Of a stretch of 64,000 nt of DNA, positions 1 through 9,388 are shown one piece after another. A program made the position numbers and the translations under genes. The first letter of the stretch is position 1; each line of letters begins with the position of its first letter. The stretch is from Gammaproteobacteria bacterium (GTDB lineage Bacteria; Pseudomonadota; Gammaproteobacteria; Eutrophobiales; Eutrophobiaceae), in assembly GCA_965250225.1 (NCBI GenBank), contig CBDFNQ010000035.1, forward strand, positions 1,641-65,640. The letters run 5' to 3'. Below the pieces are notes generated by a model that was not told the origin of the DNA, did not search any database, and was given only the letters and a program-made list of their open reading frames with translations.

Positions 1-130
1 AGTTGTAATGATTATTTTATTCTTAGTCACATATACGGCTGAATATAAAATTGATTCGTATAGTAAAGATATGTTTAAGGGGTCAAAGTGAAGCTCCCCT
101 GTTATTCCCTTATTTTGAGAAATCATAGCA

Positions 131-173
131 GAGGTAGGAAGAGGTAGGGGACACAGGAAGAGGTAGGGGACAC
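131..173. repeat. Short tandem repeat GAGGTAGG / GAGGTAGGGGACAC / GAGGTAGGGGACAC (131-138, 141-154, 160-173). The core TAGGGGACACTGA recurs at 401-413.
   Basis: Read directly from the sequence. The exact 14-mer is repeated at 141-154 and 160-173. The 13-mer TAGGGGACACTGA occurs at 164-176 and 401-413. Confidence 0.7.
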
Positions 174-297
174 TGATGACTTAATGACTTAAAAGATAAC
201 CGACAAAAACAAACAGGGCAGTTTTATTTGTTTTTGAATTGAATTAGTAGTATTCCAAAACGGAGAGTATTTAGGGGAGTAATAAAACAATGGCGGT

Positions 298-867
298 TCA
301 TTCAATCGAAGAACTCCAGGTGTCAAATTTATTGTTAGACGTTGAAAACCCACGCCACGACGTTCTTAAAAACCAACGTGAAGCCCTGAAAGTAGTGAGA
401 TAGGGGACACTGAGGAATAAAAGGTGCCGGAGTGATTTAATTTTAACCCATACAGCAGAATTACCCATATTCGACTTAAATGGGGTTCGGTGAATCTTTT
501 TGGAGCCACCACCGACAGTGATATTCAGGCCATGAAGTACCATAGGCGTAGATAAATGCACGTCCAGGCCGTAGACAAGTAGTATATTTTTCAGTCGTCC
601 CAATAGCTGATTGGCAATTTCTCCTAACCAATCATCAATCATCTCGGGATTTAGTGTCTCGCCATAATAAGATTCGTGAATTAAATTTTCTGCTGCTGCG
701 AAGCCTAAGGAACCCTTAATGTCTTTTCCTGAGAAGCCGATGATCGCAATCATATTAAAGTTATTTTCATTATTTTGATCTTCTTCGATTTTAATATCGT
801 AGCGTTCAAACAAGGCCTGTGTCATAGAAGTTACTTCTTCTTTAAGAATGGTATCAATTGTTTTCAT
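298..867 (-). CDS. CheX-like (CheC/CheX phosphatase fold) protein. The C-terminal ~45 aa look non-native.
   Basis: 189-aa ORF. IIGFSGKDIKGSLGF, DDWLGEIANQLLGRL and LSTPMVLHG resemble the CheX pattern (VIGITGGIEGSL / IGELGNMTAGKL / ITPPTVVSG). The W/R-rich tail overlaps the GGGGACAC repeat region. Confidence 0.55.
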   Translation of the reverse strand: MKTIDTILKEEVTSMTQALFERYDIKIEEDQNNENNFNMIAIIGFSGKDIKGSLGFAAAENLIHESYYGETLNPEMIDDWLGEIANQLLGRLKNILLVYGLDVHLSTPMVLHGLNITVGGGSKKIHRTPFKSNMGNSAVWVKIKSLRHLLFLSVPYLTTFRASRWFLRTSWRGFSTSNNKFDTWSSSIE

Positions 868-1432
868 TTTTTAAATACTCCTGGACAAAATTTCTCTGCT
901 GAATATTTCGTTATTAATATCCATTTCACCGTTGCATTACATAATCGGAAGATTGCGATATAACTTTAATTATTCTGAAACATTTGAGGGAGTAGATGAC
1001 TACGGTACAATAGTTTTAAAAAATGAAGTAAATCCAGCTGTGCCTGTTAGTCGAAGCAAGGTGGCAGAATTAAGGAAAACCCTAGGTATCTGACAATATT
1101 AATTATTGTTTCAATTTTCTGATGTAAAAGACAGTCAATCTACAATGTAGCACTAATTATTTAAGTATAATGTAGTTGTTCTGCATCAAATATTTTTATT
1201 CTCTGTAATTCACGTCAAATTTTCCAAGTTTGATGCAAAAATGTCCTTTGTTCGTGAAAATTAGCCACCATTCGTGTATTTCATGCGAAATACAATTCAA
1301 CTAAATTATATTCTTCGTCTCCTAAAAAATCTGATGCAATTAATTCACAAAAATTAGGACAAGAAAATTTGCATAAATAATCTTTAAACACAAATTTAAT
1401 TATTAACTTCTTAAACTTAACGGAGGCGGCTG

Positions 1433-3172
1433 ATGAGCGATCTAATAAGTGAGGAAAAAGTATTTCCTATTTCTAATGCTAAGGGGAAAGGTTACGTGCA
1501 CCCTGGCAAAGGACGTCAAAAGGGACGATATCGTGCCAGAGGACGTATTGTTGAACCGAAATTCCTCGATGAAATCAAAGATATCCTTGGTGATAAGCCA
1601 CGTGATCGTTACCACTTGATAGACTACTTGCATCTATTGCAGGACAATTATGGTTATTTAACGACGCAGCATTTAACAGCACTTGCAGGCGAGATGGAAT
1701 TGTCACTCGCACAGGTGCATGAAGTTGCCAGCTTCTATTCTCAATTTATTTTAGTGAAAGACGGTGAAGAAGCACCGCCTTCTGTGGTTGTGCGTGTCTG
1801 CGACAGTTTGTCCTGCGAATTAGATAACTCGGAACAACTACTTGAAGATTGCAAAAATGAATTTGGCTCAGACGCGTTAGTCATCAGTGCTCCCTGTATG
1901 GGACGTTGTGAATGCGCACCGGTAGCTTCCGTCAATAAACATCATGTCGAGAATGCTTCAGTCGACACCATTGAAAAAGCAATAAAAGCAAAGGACTTCG
2001 AACCTGCGATTCCTCCGTACAAGGATTTTGATGACTATGTAACAGACGGTGGTTATAAACTACTTGAGTCCTGTCTGAATGATGAATCGGATCGAGAGAA
2101 GATCATTGAAACCCTATCTGATGCAAAACTACGTGGCCTTGGCGGTGCGGGTTATCCGGCTGGTCGCAAATGGGCTTCCGTTCTGAAATTACCCAAACCA
2201 AAAATTATTGCCATCAATTTCGATGAAAGCGAAATGGGGACCTTTAAAGATCGCTATTTCGTAGAACAGGATCCACATCGGATGTTGGAAGGCATTTTAG
2301 TTGCCGCCTGGACTTGTGAGACTTATCAGGCATACATCTATCTACGTGACGAATATCATCATATTCGTGAAATCCTTGAGGCAGAAATTGCAAAACTGGA
2401 TGCGGCTGGACTCACCGAACATTGTCGACTATTCATGTCTCGGGGAGCTGGTGCTTATGTTTGTGGTGAACGTTCAGCGATGTTGGAATCCATTGAAGGC
2501 AAACGTGGTTATCCTCGTCTTAAAGATCCACGTACCACTGTGGTGGGATTATTCGGCATACCAACACTCATTAATAATGCAGAAACATTATTCTGGGTCA
2601 GGGATATTGTCGAGAAAGGTGCAGACTGGTTTTCAAATCAGGGCACCAATGGTCGTCCTTGTCCACGTGCCTTTTCAGTTTCTGGGCGTGTGAATAACCC
2701 AGGTGTAAAACTTGCCCCAGCCGGGATCACCATGCAGCAACTGATCGATGAACATTGCGGTGGAATGCAGGGTGATCACAATTTCAAGGGCTATTGCCTT
2801 GGTGGATCGACAGGTGGCATCTTGCCCGCATCTATGGCTGACATACCTCTTGATTTCGACACCCTGGAAGAATACGGATGTTCTATTGGCTCAGCAGCCA
2901 TCACCGTGTTTTCCGATCAAGATCCGATCCAAAAGATCGTACGTAATTTAATGTTGTTTTTTGAAGATGAATCCTGTGGTCAATGCACACCTTGTCGGGT
3001 TGGTACAGAGAAAGCCGTCAAGCTCATACAACAGGAAACATGGGACGAAACTCTTCTCAATGATTTATGTGATGTTATGGAAGATGCCTCAATTTGTGGG
3101 CTAGGCCAGGCCGCGCCTGCACCGATTCGAACCGCGATGAAATATTTTCGTGATGAACTGTCATTGGGTTAA
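1433..3172 (+). CDS. fdsB: NAD-dependent formate dehydrogenase diaphorase subunit (fused NuoE-like + NuoF-like, FdsG/FdsB type)
   Basis: The N-terminal thioredoxin-like 2Fe-2S region has CDSLSCEL...CMGRCECAP. NuoF-like motifs are GLGGAGYPAGRKW, ESCGQCTPCR and ICGLGQAA. It lies directly upstream of the catalytic subunit, and GGAGG precedes the ATG. Confidence 0.85.
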   Translation: MSDLISEEKVFPISNAKGKGYVHPGKGRQKGRYRARGRIVEPKFLDEIKDILGDKPRDRYHLIDYLHLLQDNYGYLTTQHLTALAGEMELSLAQVHEVASFYSQFILVKDGEEAPPSVVVRVCDSLSCELDNSEQLLEDCKNEFGSDALVISAPCMGRCECAPVASVNKHHVENASVDTIEKAIKAKDFEPAIPPYKDFDDYVTDGGYKLLESCLNDESDREKIIETLSDAKLRGLGGAGYPAGRKWASVLKLPKPKIIAINFDESEMGTFKDRYFVEQDPHRMLEGILVAAWTCETYQAYIYLRDEYHHIREILEAEIAKLDAAGLTEHCRLFMSRGAGAYVCGERSAMLESIEGKRGYPRLKDPRTTVVGLFGIPTLINNAETLFWVRDIVEKGADWFSNQGTNGRPCPRAFSVSGRVNNPGVKLAPAGITMQQLIDEHCGGMQGDHNFKGYCLGGSTGGILPASMADIPLDFDTLEEYGCSIGSAAITVFSDQDPIQKIVRNLMLFFEDESCGQCTPCRVGTEKAVKLIQQETWDETLLNDLCDVMEDASICGLGQAAPAPIRTAMKYFRDELSLG

Positions 3173-3204
3173 ATCAACATTAAATATATTGAGAGGGTTC
3201 TATC

Positions 3205-6024
3205 ATGACTACGAGTGAAAAAATTTATCGAGATGATGTACATTTTACAATTGATGGTGTGGATGTAGTCGCATCACCTTATGAAACAATTTTGCAAGCA
3301 GCGAAACGCCTGGGTAAAGCAATCCCTAATTTATGTAATAAAGATAGTGCAGGTTATCGACCTGATGGTAATTGTCGTTCCTGCATGATTGAAATCGAAG
3401 GTAGTGGCTTAGAAGTCTCCTGTCGTTGGAAACCTCAACCAGGGATGAAGGTGTTGACAGATTCGCCTCGAGCGAGAAAAGCGCGTGAGTCAGTTTTAGA
3501 ATTATTAGTCACGGATCAGCCGCCACGAGATCAAGCAAGAGATCCTGATTCCACGTTTTGGTATTGGGCAGAAAAAACGTGCGTGACCACGAGTCGTTAT
3601 CCAAGACGTAAACTACCGAAAACAGATCGAAGTCATCCGGGTATTGCTGTGAATCTTGATGCTTGTATCCATTGCAAACTTTGTATTGTCGGTTGTAGTG
3701 AAGTACAAGGTCACGATGTTATTGGTATGCATGGTCGTGGTATCCATTCCAAGATTGGTTTTGATTTTGATGATCCAATGGGTGACAGTACTTGCGTTGC
3801 CTGTGGTGAATGTGTACAAGCCTGTCCGACCGGTGCTTTGATGCCGGCGAATCAGCTCAATGATGAACAGGTGTTGACAAATTTACCTGATAGGAAAGTC
3901 GATAGTGTGTGTCCGTATTGTGGTGTTGGTTGTCAGATCACCTATAACGTAAAAGATAACAAGATACTTTATGTTGATGGACAGGATGGTCCTGCCAATC
4001 AAAATCGATTGTGCGTAAAAGGGCGTTTCGGTTTTGATTACGTCGGGCATCCTCATCGTTTAACTAAACCCATGATCCGCCGCGAAGACGCACCACCAAA
4101 AGATGCGGATCTTAAGATTGATCCTGCTAATCCCTTTACCCATTTTCGAGAAGCTAGTTGGGAAGAAGCGCTGGAAGTTGCTGCTGGTGGATTGAAACGC
4201 ATACGCGATGAGGTCGGCAGTCAGGCATTGGCAGCTTTTGGATCGGCAAAATGCAGCAATGAAGAAGCGTATCTCATCCAGAAACTGGTGCGGACGGGTT
4301 TTCATAATAACAATATTGATCATTGTACGCGGCTTTGTCATGCCTCTTCGGTAGCGGCATTGTTGGAAGGTATCGGTTCCGGCGCAGTGACAGCACCCTT
4401 TACCGCGGTATTAGATGCCGATGTTGTGATTTGTATCGGTGCAAACCCGGTGGAAAACCACCCGGTTGCCGCGACCTATTTTCGTAACGCTGCTGATTTC
4501 GGTGCGACCTTGATCGTGATGGATCCAAGGCGTAACGAACTGGCTCGGCATGCAACACATTACTTACCATTCAAACCAGGCAGTGATGTGGCGTTATTAA
4601 ATGGCATGTTATATACGATTGTTCGTGAGGAATTGTATAACAAACGTTATATCGAACAGTACACCGAAGGTTTTGAAGGTTTTAAATTACATATTGAAGA
4701 TTATTCACCCGAGAAGATGGCACCTGTTTGTGGTATCGATGCAGAAACCATTCGTACTGTTGCCAGAAAATACGCCACCGCACATCGTTCTATTATTCTC
4801 TGGGGTATGGGTATTTCACAATCTGTACACGGCACTAACAATGCGCGTTGTCTGATTGCGTTGGCGTTGGCAACAGGGCAGGTGGGACGACCCGGAACAG
4901 GTTTACATCCACTGCGTGGCCAAAACAATGTGCAGGGAACATCGGACTGTGGCCTGATACCGTTTGTGTTTCCAGATTATCAGGCAGTTAATGATGATGC
5001 TTCACGCGCCAAGTTTGAAGAACTCTGGAAGACCGAGCTCGATCCGAACCCGGGTCTCACCGTTGTTGAGATCACGCATGAGGTTCATGAAAATAGAATC
5101 AAGGGCATGTATATCATGGGTGAAAATCCGGCCATGTCGGATCCAAATATCCAGCATGTACGTGAAGCATTTTCAAAACTCGATCATTTGGTAGTTCAGG
5201 AAATCTTTTTGACTGAAACGGCGGCATTTGCCGATGTGGTTTTACCGGCCACGGCATGGCCAGAAAAAGAAGGTACCGTTACCAACACCAATCGCCAGGT
5301 ACAAATGGGACGTAAGGCACTTGATGCACCAGGAGAAGCACGTCCTGATTGGTGGGTCTTGCAAGAGATCGCTCGAGGATTGGGACTTGATTGGAATTAT
5401 GACAGTCCGAAGGATGTATACAACGAAATGCGTCAGTGTATGCCCTCAATAGAAAACATTCCCTGGGAACGTTTGGATGCAGAACGCGTCGTTACCTACC
5501 CTTGTACAGGGGATGATGATCCAGGTCAGGATATCGTCTTTGAAAAAGGTTTCCCGACTGAAGACGGTCGTGGTTTGTTCGTGCCAGCGGTGATTACGCC
5601 TGAGGATGAAATGCCGGATGACGATTATCCGATGATACTTAGTACGGTTACTAGTTTGGAACACTGGCACACGGGGGCGATGACACGCCGCTCGAATGTG
5701 TTAGATGATCTGGAACCTGAAGCCTATGCCATGCTTTCAAGTTTCGACATGCAACACCTTCAGCTTGAGCCGGGCGATATGGCACGCGTTACTACACGTC
5801 GAGGCTCGATTGAAATGAAGATCCGCGTTGATGCTAGAGTTCCTGAAGGTAGTATCTATATGCCATTTTGTTGGACAGAAGCACCAGCAAACCTTCTCAC
5901 TAGTGATGTCCTTGATCCGATTGGGAAAATACCAAGTTCCAAATTTTGTGGCGCACGCGTGGAAAAGGTAATGAGCGTAGCGCAGCCCGAGATGGATCAG
6001 CAGACCAGTCATGTCAGTGTGTAA
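3205..6024 (+). CDS. fdsA: Formate dehydrogenase catalytic (alpha) subunit, molybdopterin type
   Basis: 939 aa. It carries an N-terminal 2Fe-2S motif (CRSCMIEIEG), ferredoxin motifs CIHCKLCIVGC and CVACGECVQACP, a MopB 4Fe-4S motif CPYCGVGC, and CVKGRFG. The active-site region is CTRLCHASS, so Cys rather than an in-frame TGA. Confidence 0.9.
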   Translation: MTTSEKIYRDDVHFTIDGVDVVASPYETILQAAKRLGKAIPNLCNKDSAGYRPDGNCRSCMIEIEGSGLEVSCRWKPQPGMKVLTDSPRARKARESVLELLVTDQPPRDQARDPDSTFWYWAEKTCVTTSRYPRRKLPKTDRSHPGIAVNLDACIHCKLCIVGCSEVQGHDVIGMHGRGIHSKIGFDFDDPMGDSTCVACGECVQACPTGALMPANQLNDEQVLTNLPDRKVDSVCPYCGVGCQITYNVKDNKILYVDGQDGPANQNRLCVKGRFGFDYVGHPHRLTKPMIRREDAPPKDADLKIDPANPFTHFREASWEEALEVAAGGLKRIRDEVGSQALAAFGSAKCSNEEAYLIQKLVRTGFHNNNIDHCTRLCHASSVAALLEGIGSGAVTAPFTAVLDADVVICIGANPVENHPVAATYFRNAADFGATLIVMDPRRNELARHATHYLPFKPGSDVALLNGMLYTIVREELYNKRYIEQYTEGFEGFKLHIEDYSPEKMAPVCGIDAETIRTVARKYATAHRSIILWGMGISQSVHGTNNARCLIALALATGQVGRPGTGLHPLRGQNNVQGTSDCGLIPFVFPDYQAVNDDASRAKFEELWKTELDPNPGLTVVEITHEVHENRIKGMYIMGENPAMSDPNIQHVREAFSKLDHLVVQEIFLTETAAFADVVLPATAWPEKEGTVTNTNRQVQMGRKALDAPGEARPDWWVLQEIARGLGLDWNYDSPKDVYNEMRQCMPSIENIPWERLDAERVVTYPCTGDDDPGQDIVFEKGFPTEDGRGLFVPAVITPEDEMPDDDYPMILSTVTSLEHWHTGAMTRRSNVLDDLEPEAYAMLSSFDMQHLQLEPGDMARVTTRRGSIEMKIRVDARVPEGSIYMPFCWTEAPANLLTSDVLDPIGKIPSSKFCGARVEKVMSVAQPEMDQQTSHVSV

Positions 6025-6050
6025 TAAATAAACTTATCCCTCCCCCTCTT

Positions 6051-6102
6051 CTTCCGGGTCGCAGCACTGATTATTGGTTGCGGTCTGGAAGACTTTATTT
6101 TT
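6051..6102 (+). terminator. Rho-independent terminator after fdsA
   Basis: The 13-bp stem CUUCCGGGUCGCA / UGCGGUCUGGAAG (6051-6063 / 6079-6091, including G-U pairs) is followed by the T-rich ACTTTATTTTT. Confidence 0.6.
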
Positions 6103-6116
6103 CAGGAGATTATTTA

Positions 6117-6521
6117 ATGATGATTACCGTTCAACACATTATTGGCGATGTACAAAAGCCGTTACATACCATTGAACCAGAGGCTACTGTACAGGCAGCG
6201 ATAACCATCATGGCGAGTGAAAAGATCAGTGCCATACCGGTCATCAAAAACGAAAAGTTAGTCGGCATTATTTCAGAAAGAGATTATGTGCGAAAAATTG
6301 CCTCACAAAAAATTCCAGCATGGTCTGTAATGATCCATGAAATTATGACTAAAGATGTCATAACAGTTAAAAGCTATGACTTAATAGATTATTGCATGGC
6401 TCTGATGACTGAAAATCGGATTAGGCATTTACCTGTTATGGAGAATAAGCAACTGATAGCGATCATATCGATTACGGATGTGGTCAGACTATTAAAGTCT
6501 GAAATTAAGGTACTAATATAA
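6117..6521 (+). CDS. CBS-pair domain protein
   Basis: The track ORF 5946-6521 overlaps fdsA. The internal ATG at 6117 is preceded by AGGAG. The product (MMITVQHIIGD...) has two CBS-like repeats (ISAIPVI..KLVGIISERD; IRHLPVM..QLIAIISITD). Confidence 0.75.
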   Translation: MMITVQHIIGDVQKPLHTIEPEATVQAAITIMASEKISAIPVIKNEKLVGIISERDYVRKIASQKIPAWSVMIHEIMTKDVITVKSYDLIDYCMALMTENRIRHLPVMENKQLIAIISITDVVRLLKSEIKVLI

Positions 6522-6597
6522 TGAACCATCCCACCTGCTAGTCTGGCAACACAATATTGCCAGACTAGCAGGTGGGATGGTTCATTATATTAGTACC
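6509..6597 (+). repeat. Perfect 41-bp inverted repeat (7-nt loop) overlapping the CBS stop codon. Probable very strong terminator hairpin.
   Basis: The left arm 6509-6549 is the exact reverse complement of the right arm 6557-6597, verified base by base. The loop is CACAATA. T-rich sequence follows (ATGTTTTGATTTTTT). Confidence 0.9.
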
Positions 6598-6673
6598 AAA
6601 TTATGTTTTGATTTTTTAGTAGTGGATACTTATATTAAGTATAATTTAATAACTCAGTCAAAAATAAAGATTA

Positions 6674-7246
6674 ATGCGATTAGATATTGCCAATATTGGA
6701 AACCCAATATTAAGACAAGTTGCGAAAGAAATTACTATTGATCAAATAGATTCTGAAGAAATTCAATCTTTTATAGATAATCTTATTGAAACAATGTACT
6801 TCGCTAATGGTGCTGGTTTGGCAGCAAATCAGGTTTCTGTTCCCTGGCGTATTTTTGCAGTCGAAGTCAAAGACAATGTTCGTTATCCATACAAGCCAAA
6901 CATTCCTCTAACAATATTAATTAATCCACAGATCGAGTTTTTAACTGAGGATCGATTTGATAATTATGAAGGCTGTTTATCCGTACCTAACCTGCGAGGT
7001 GTTGTTGAGAGGTGTCCTGAAATCAGGATAGAAGGATTTAACAGGGTTGGGGAGCCTGTCGAAATATTTTCTAAAGGTATTACAGCTGGAACCTTCCAAC
7101 ATGAAAATGATCATCTAGATGGTGTGCTTTTCCCGGATAAGGTAAAAGACACGAAATCATTATGTACGTGGGATGAATTCAAGAAGCATCATGAGGAGGA
7201 CGTTATAAAACAGGTTGAGAAAGTTGTGGCCAAATATGGCAGTTAG
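6674..7246 (+). CDS. def: Peptide deformylase
   Basis: All three PDF motifs are present: GAGLAANQV, EGCLSVP and HENDHLDG. Confidence 0.85.
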   Translation: MRLDIANIGNPILRQVAKEITIDQIDSEEIQSFIDNLIETMYFANGAGLAANQVSVPWRIFAVEVKDNVRYPYKPNIPLTILINPQIEFLTEDRFDNYEGCLSVPNLRGVVERCPEIRIEGFNRVGEPVEIFSKGITAGTFQHENDHLDGVLFPDKVKDTKSLCTWDEFKKHHEEDVIKQVEKVVAKYGS

Positions 7247-7352
7247 TAAGTATTGGCTAGTACTTTGCAAAACGAGCATTTATTATTTCGATGCTTTATC
7301 ATATATTCCGTATTTACGAAACATTGCTGAATACAGCAATCTTACAAAGTTA

Positions 7353-7901
7353 TTATGATATTGTTTCTGCTTGTGACTCAGGCCAGTCAGGAGTAAAAGC
7401 AAGAACTTTAACGTTGCCTGGCAAAGATGGATTAAAAAGACTGTTGTGCCAGAACGTGGCTTGATAAAGAGTATCCTCTGACTGTAAATTACTAACTGAA
7501 CAAGGGACACTAAATCGCTGATTATTTTGCTGAAAATTCAGAACGCATTTTTCAGCTTCAATTAATTTTTCACACACGGCAGAGTCAGGGCCAAATAAGG
7601 CAGTCATTTTATCTGAGAATCCTTTTGGATCCTGATAATAAGTGGAAGATAGCAGATGTATTGCACTTTCCCAGCGTTCAATCGGATCCTGAGTTTTATG
7701 TACCATATGCTGGAATTGAGATGTTACATTTTCTGGTGATTGTTTTGTGATCAAGGTAACAATCTGTCCTAGTTTAGTATCCTTGTTAATGGTTATGGTG
7801 GGACACATTCCCGGTGTTGGTCTACCATCACCCTGACGTACTGATTGTTGCCTGATACGGCATTGCCAGTATAGAAAATCATAACTTGGATCTGTCTGCA
7901 T
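7353..7901 (-). CDS. Hypothetical protein (182 aa)
   Basis: Long ORF with no competing ORF. I recognise no motif. Confidence 0.45.
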   Translation of the reverse strand: MQTDPSYDFLYWQCRIRQQSVRQGDGRPTPGMCPTITINKDTKLGQIVTLITKQSPENVTSQFQHMVHKTQDPIERWESAIHLLSSTYYQDPKGFSDKMTALFGPDSAVCEKLIEAEKCVLNFQQNNQRFSVPCSVSNLQSEDTLYQATFWHNSLFNPSLPGNVKVLAFTPDWPESQAETIS

Positions 7902-8140
7902 TTTATTTAGAACCTGATGACAGTGGTTAATATTATTTGTTTATTATCTGATTTTACTTGTTGAAAATATTGAAAAAACATTAATGCTATGTTTGATATA
8001 ATGACATAAATATTACTAATTTGCATTTGTCACACAGTACATCTTTGGTTATACCTCCATTTCTCTAATACATTTTCAAGATTTTATGTAAAACTTATAG
8101 AAGGTAGAAAAACTAGCGTATGTTAGAGGGATACATGTAA

Positions 8141-8899
8141 ATGATCAAAGCGGCCTTGTTTGATTTAAGTGGCGTACTCTATACAGGTGAAGAAGCTTTG
8201 CCTGGAGCATTAGATGCAATAGAAAGGCTTGAGAATGTTAGTTTGCCAATGCGTTATTTAACGAATACGACGCGCAGCCCGCGACATGTGATCTTGAGCA
8301 GGCTGGCGGCAATGGGATTTCGTATCGATAAAAATGATTTATTTACAGCTCCTATCGCAACACATGAATATCTAAGTTCAAATAAATTATCTCCTTTTCT
8401 ATTGGTTCACCCGGATTTAAAGCAGGATTTTTCTGATCTACTTGACGATAAACCGAACGCAGTTGTCTTAGGTGATGCAGCGGAGGCTTTTACCTATGAG
8501 AATATGAACCTGGCATTTCGTCTATTGATGGAAGGAGTGCCCCTAATAGCGATGGGTAAAAATTTATATTTCAAGGAAGCTGATGGATTCAGCCTTGATA
8601 TGGGTCCCTACGTCAATGCACTTGAATTTGCTGCGAATACTGAAGCGATTGTTATCGGCAAACCTGCCAAGGCGTTTTTTAATGGCGCTGTATCCAGCCT
8701 TGGTTGCCTGGCACATGATGTGGTTATGGTCGGGGACGATGTAGGATCAGATGTGATCGGTGGTTTAGAGGCAGGGCTGCAGGGTATTTTAGTTAAGACT
8801 GGGAAATATAGATCGGGTGATGAAGATCAATTACAAGGAAGAGGCCTTTGTCTTGAGGATATTAGTGCAGTAGCTGACTATATACTGGAAAAGTATTAA
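8141..8899 (+). CDS. HAD-IIA family hydrolase (LHPP/NagD-like)
   Basis: Motif I is the variant FDLSGVLY, as in LHPP-type HAD-IIA. LTNTT is motif II. GKP...VMVGDDVGSDV gives motifs III and IV. Confidence 0.7.
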   Translation: MIKAALFDLSGVLYTGEEALPGALDAIERLENVSLPMRYLTNTTRSPRHVILSRLAAMGFRIDKNDLFTAPIATHEYLSSNKLSPFLLVHPDLKQDFSDLLDDKPNAVVLGDAAEAFTYENMNLAFRLLMEGVPLIAMGKNLYFKEADGFSLDMGPYVNALEFAANTEAIVIGKPAKAFFNGAVSSLGCLAHDVVMVGDDVGSDVIGGLEAGLQGILVKTGKYRSGDEDQLQGRGLCLEDISAVADYILEKY

Positions 8900-8936
8900 T
8901 CAATTCTATTGTTAATAATAACCTGGTAGTAATCTA

Positions 8937-9359
8937 CTAACTGTCTATTTCCATACTACCGGAAAACTTTTCCAAATCATCATCAAGATGATAATAATCA
9001 CCTGCGTCTGCTACGAATATATGTCGTATTGTTATAAGCCCTGTTGGTGCGTCCAGCGTACCTGCAGCGATACACATATAGTCTTTGTTTAATGGCTCCC
9101 AAAACAGGCTGGAACCGCACTCATGGCAAAAGCCACGTCGGGCATGACTCGATGATGCATACCATTTGAGTCCATGATTTTGAATGAAAATAATATGTTC
9201 TGTTTTCGCGGATGTAAATGCTGCAAAGTTTCCGTGAGTACGTTGGCATTGTTTGCAATGGCAATTAACTGCATCTCTGAGTACTCCGTTAACCTGGTAC
9301 CGCACAGCACCGCATTCACAACCACCGCGATGTTCAGCTGCAAGTGTATTATTTTTCAT
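8937..9359 (-). CDS. GFA-family (glutathione-dependent formaldehyde-activating / CENP-V-like) zinc protein
   Basis: Cys clusters CECGAVRY, CHCKQCQR and CHECGSSLF are typical of the GFA fold. Confidence 0.75.
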   Translation of the reverse strand: MKNNTLAAEHRGGCECGAVRYQVNGVLRDAVNCHCKQCQRTHGNFAAFTSAKTEHIIFIQNHGLKWYASSSHARRGFCHECGSSLFWEPLNKDYMCIAAGTLDAPTGLITIRHIFVADAGDYYHLDDDLEKFSGSMEIDS

Positions 9360-9388
9360 GATAGTTCCATAATCGACAAACGTGTTTA

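Noticed and set aside
875-1092. A possible small plus-strand ORF ending ...VSRSKVAELRKTLGI* between the CheX-like gene and fdsB
   Set aside because: There is no ATG (only weak TTG candidates) and no RBS, and I recognise no family. It may be a gene relic, but the evidence is insufficient.
2301-2693. A 130-aa plus-strand ORF in an alternative frame of fdsB
   Set aside because: It is fully nested in the NuoF-like coding frame. I see no independent start context or motif.
3205-6024. Selenocysteine recoding in the formate dehydrogenase or the molybdoenzyme at 13137-15161
   Set aside because: Both frames are uninterrupted. The FDH active-site position is a Cys codon (CTRLCHASS), with no in-frame TGA or SECIS-like hairpin.
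5946-6116. The 5' extension of the CBS ORF, overlapping the end of fdsA and the terminator
   Set aside because: The extension overlaps fdsA coding sequence and crosses its terminator hairpin. An AGGAG-ATG start at 6117 gives a normal CBS-pair protein.
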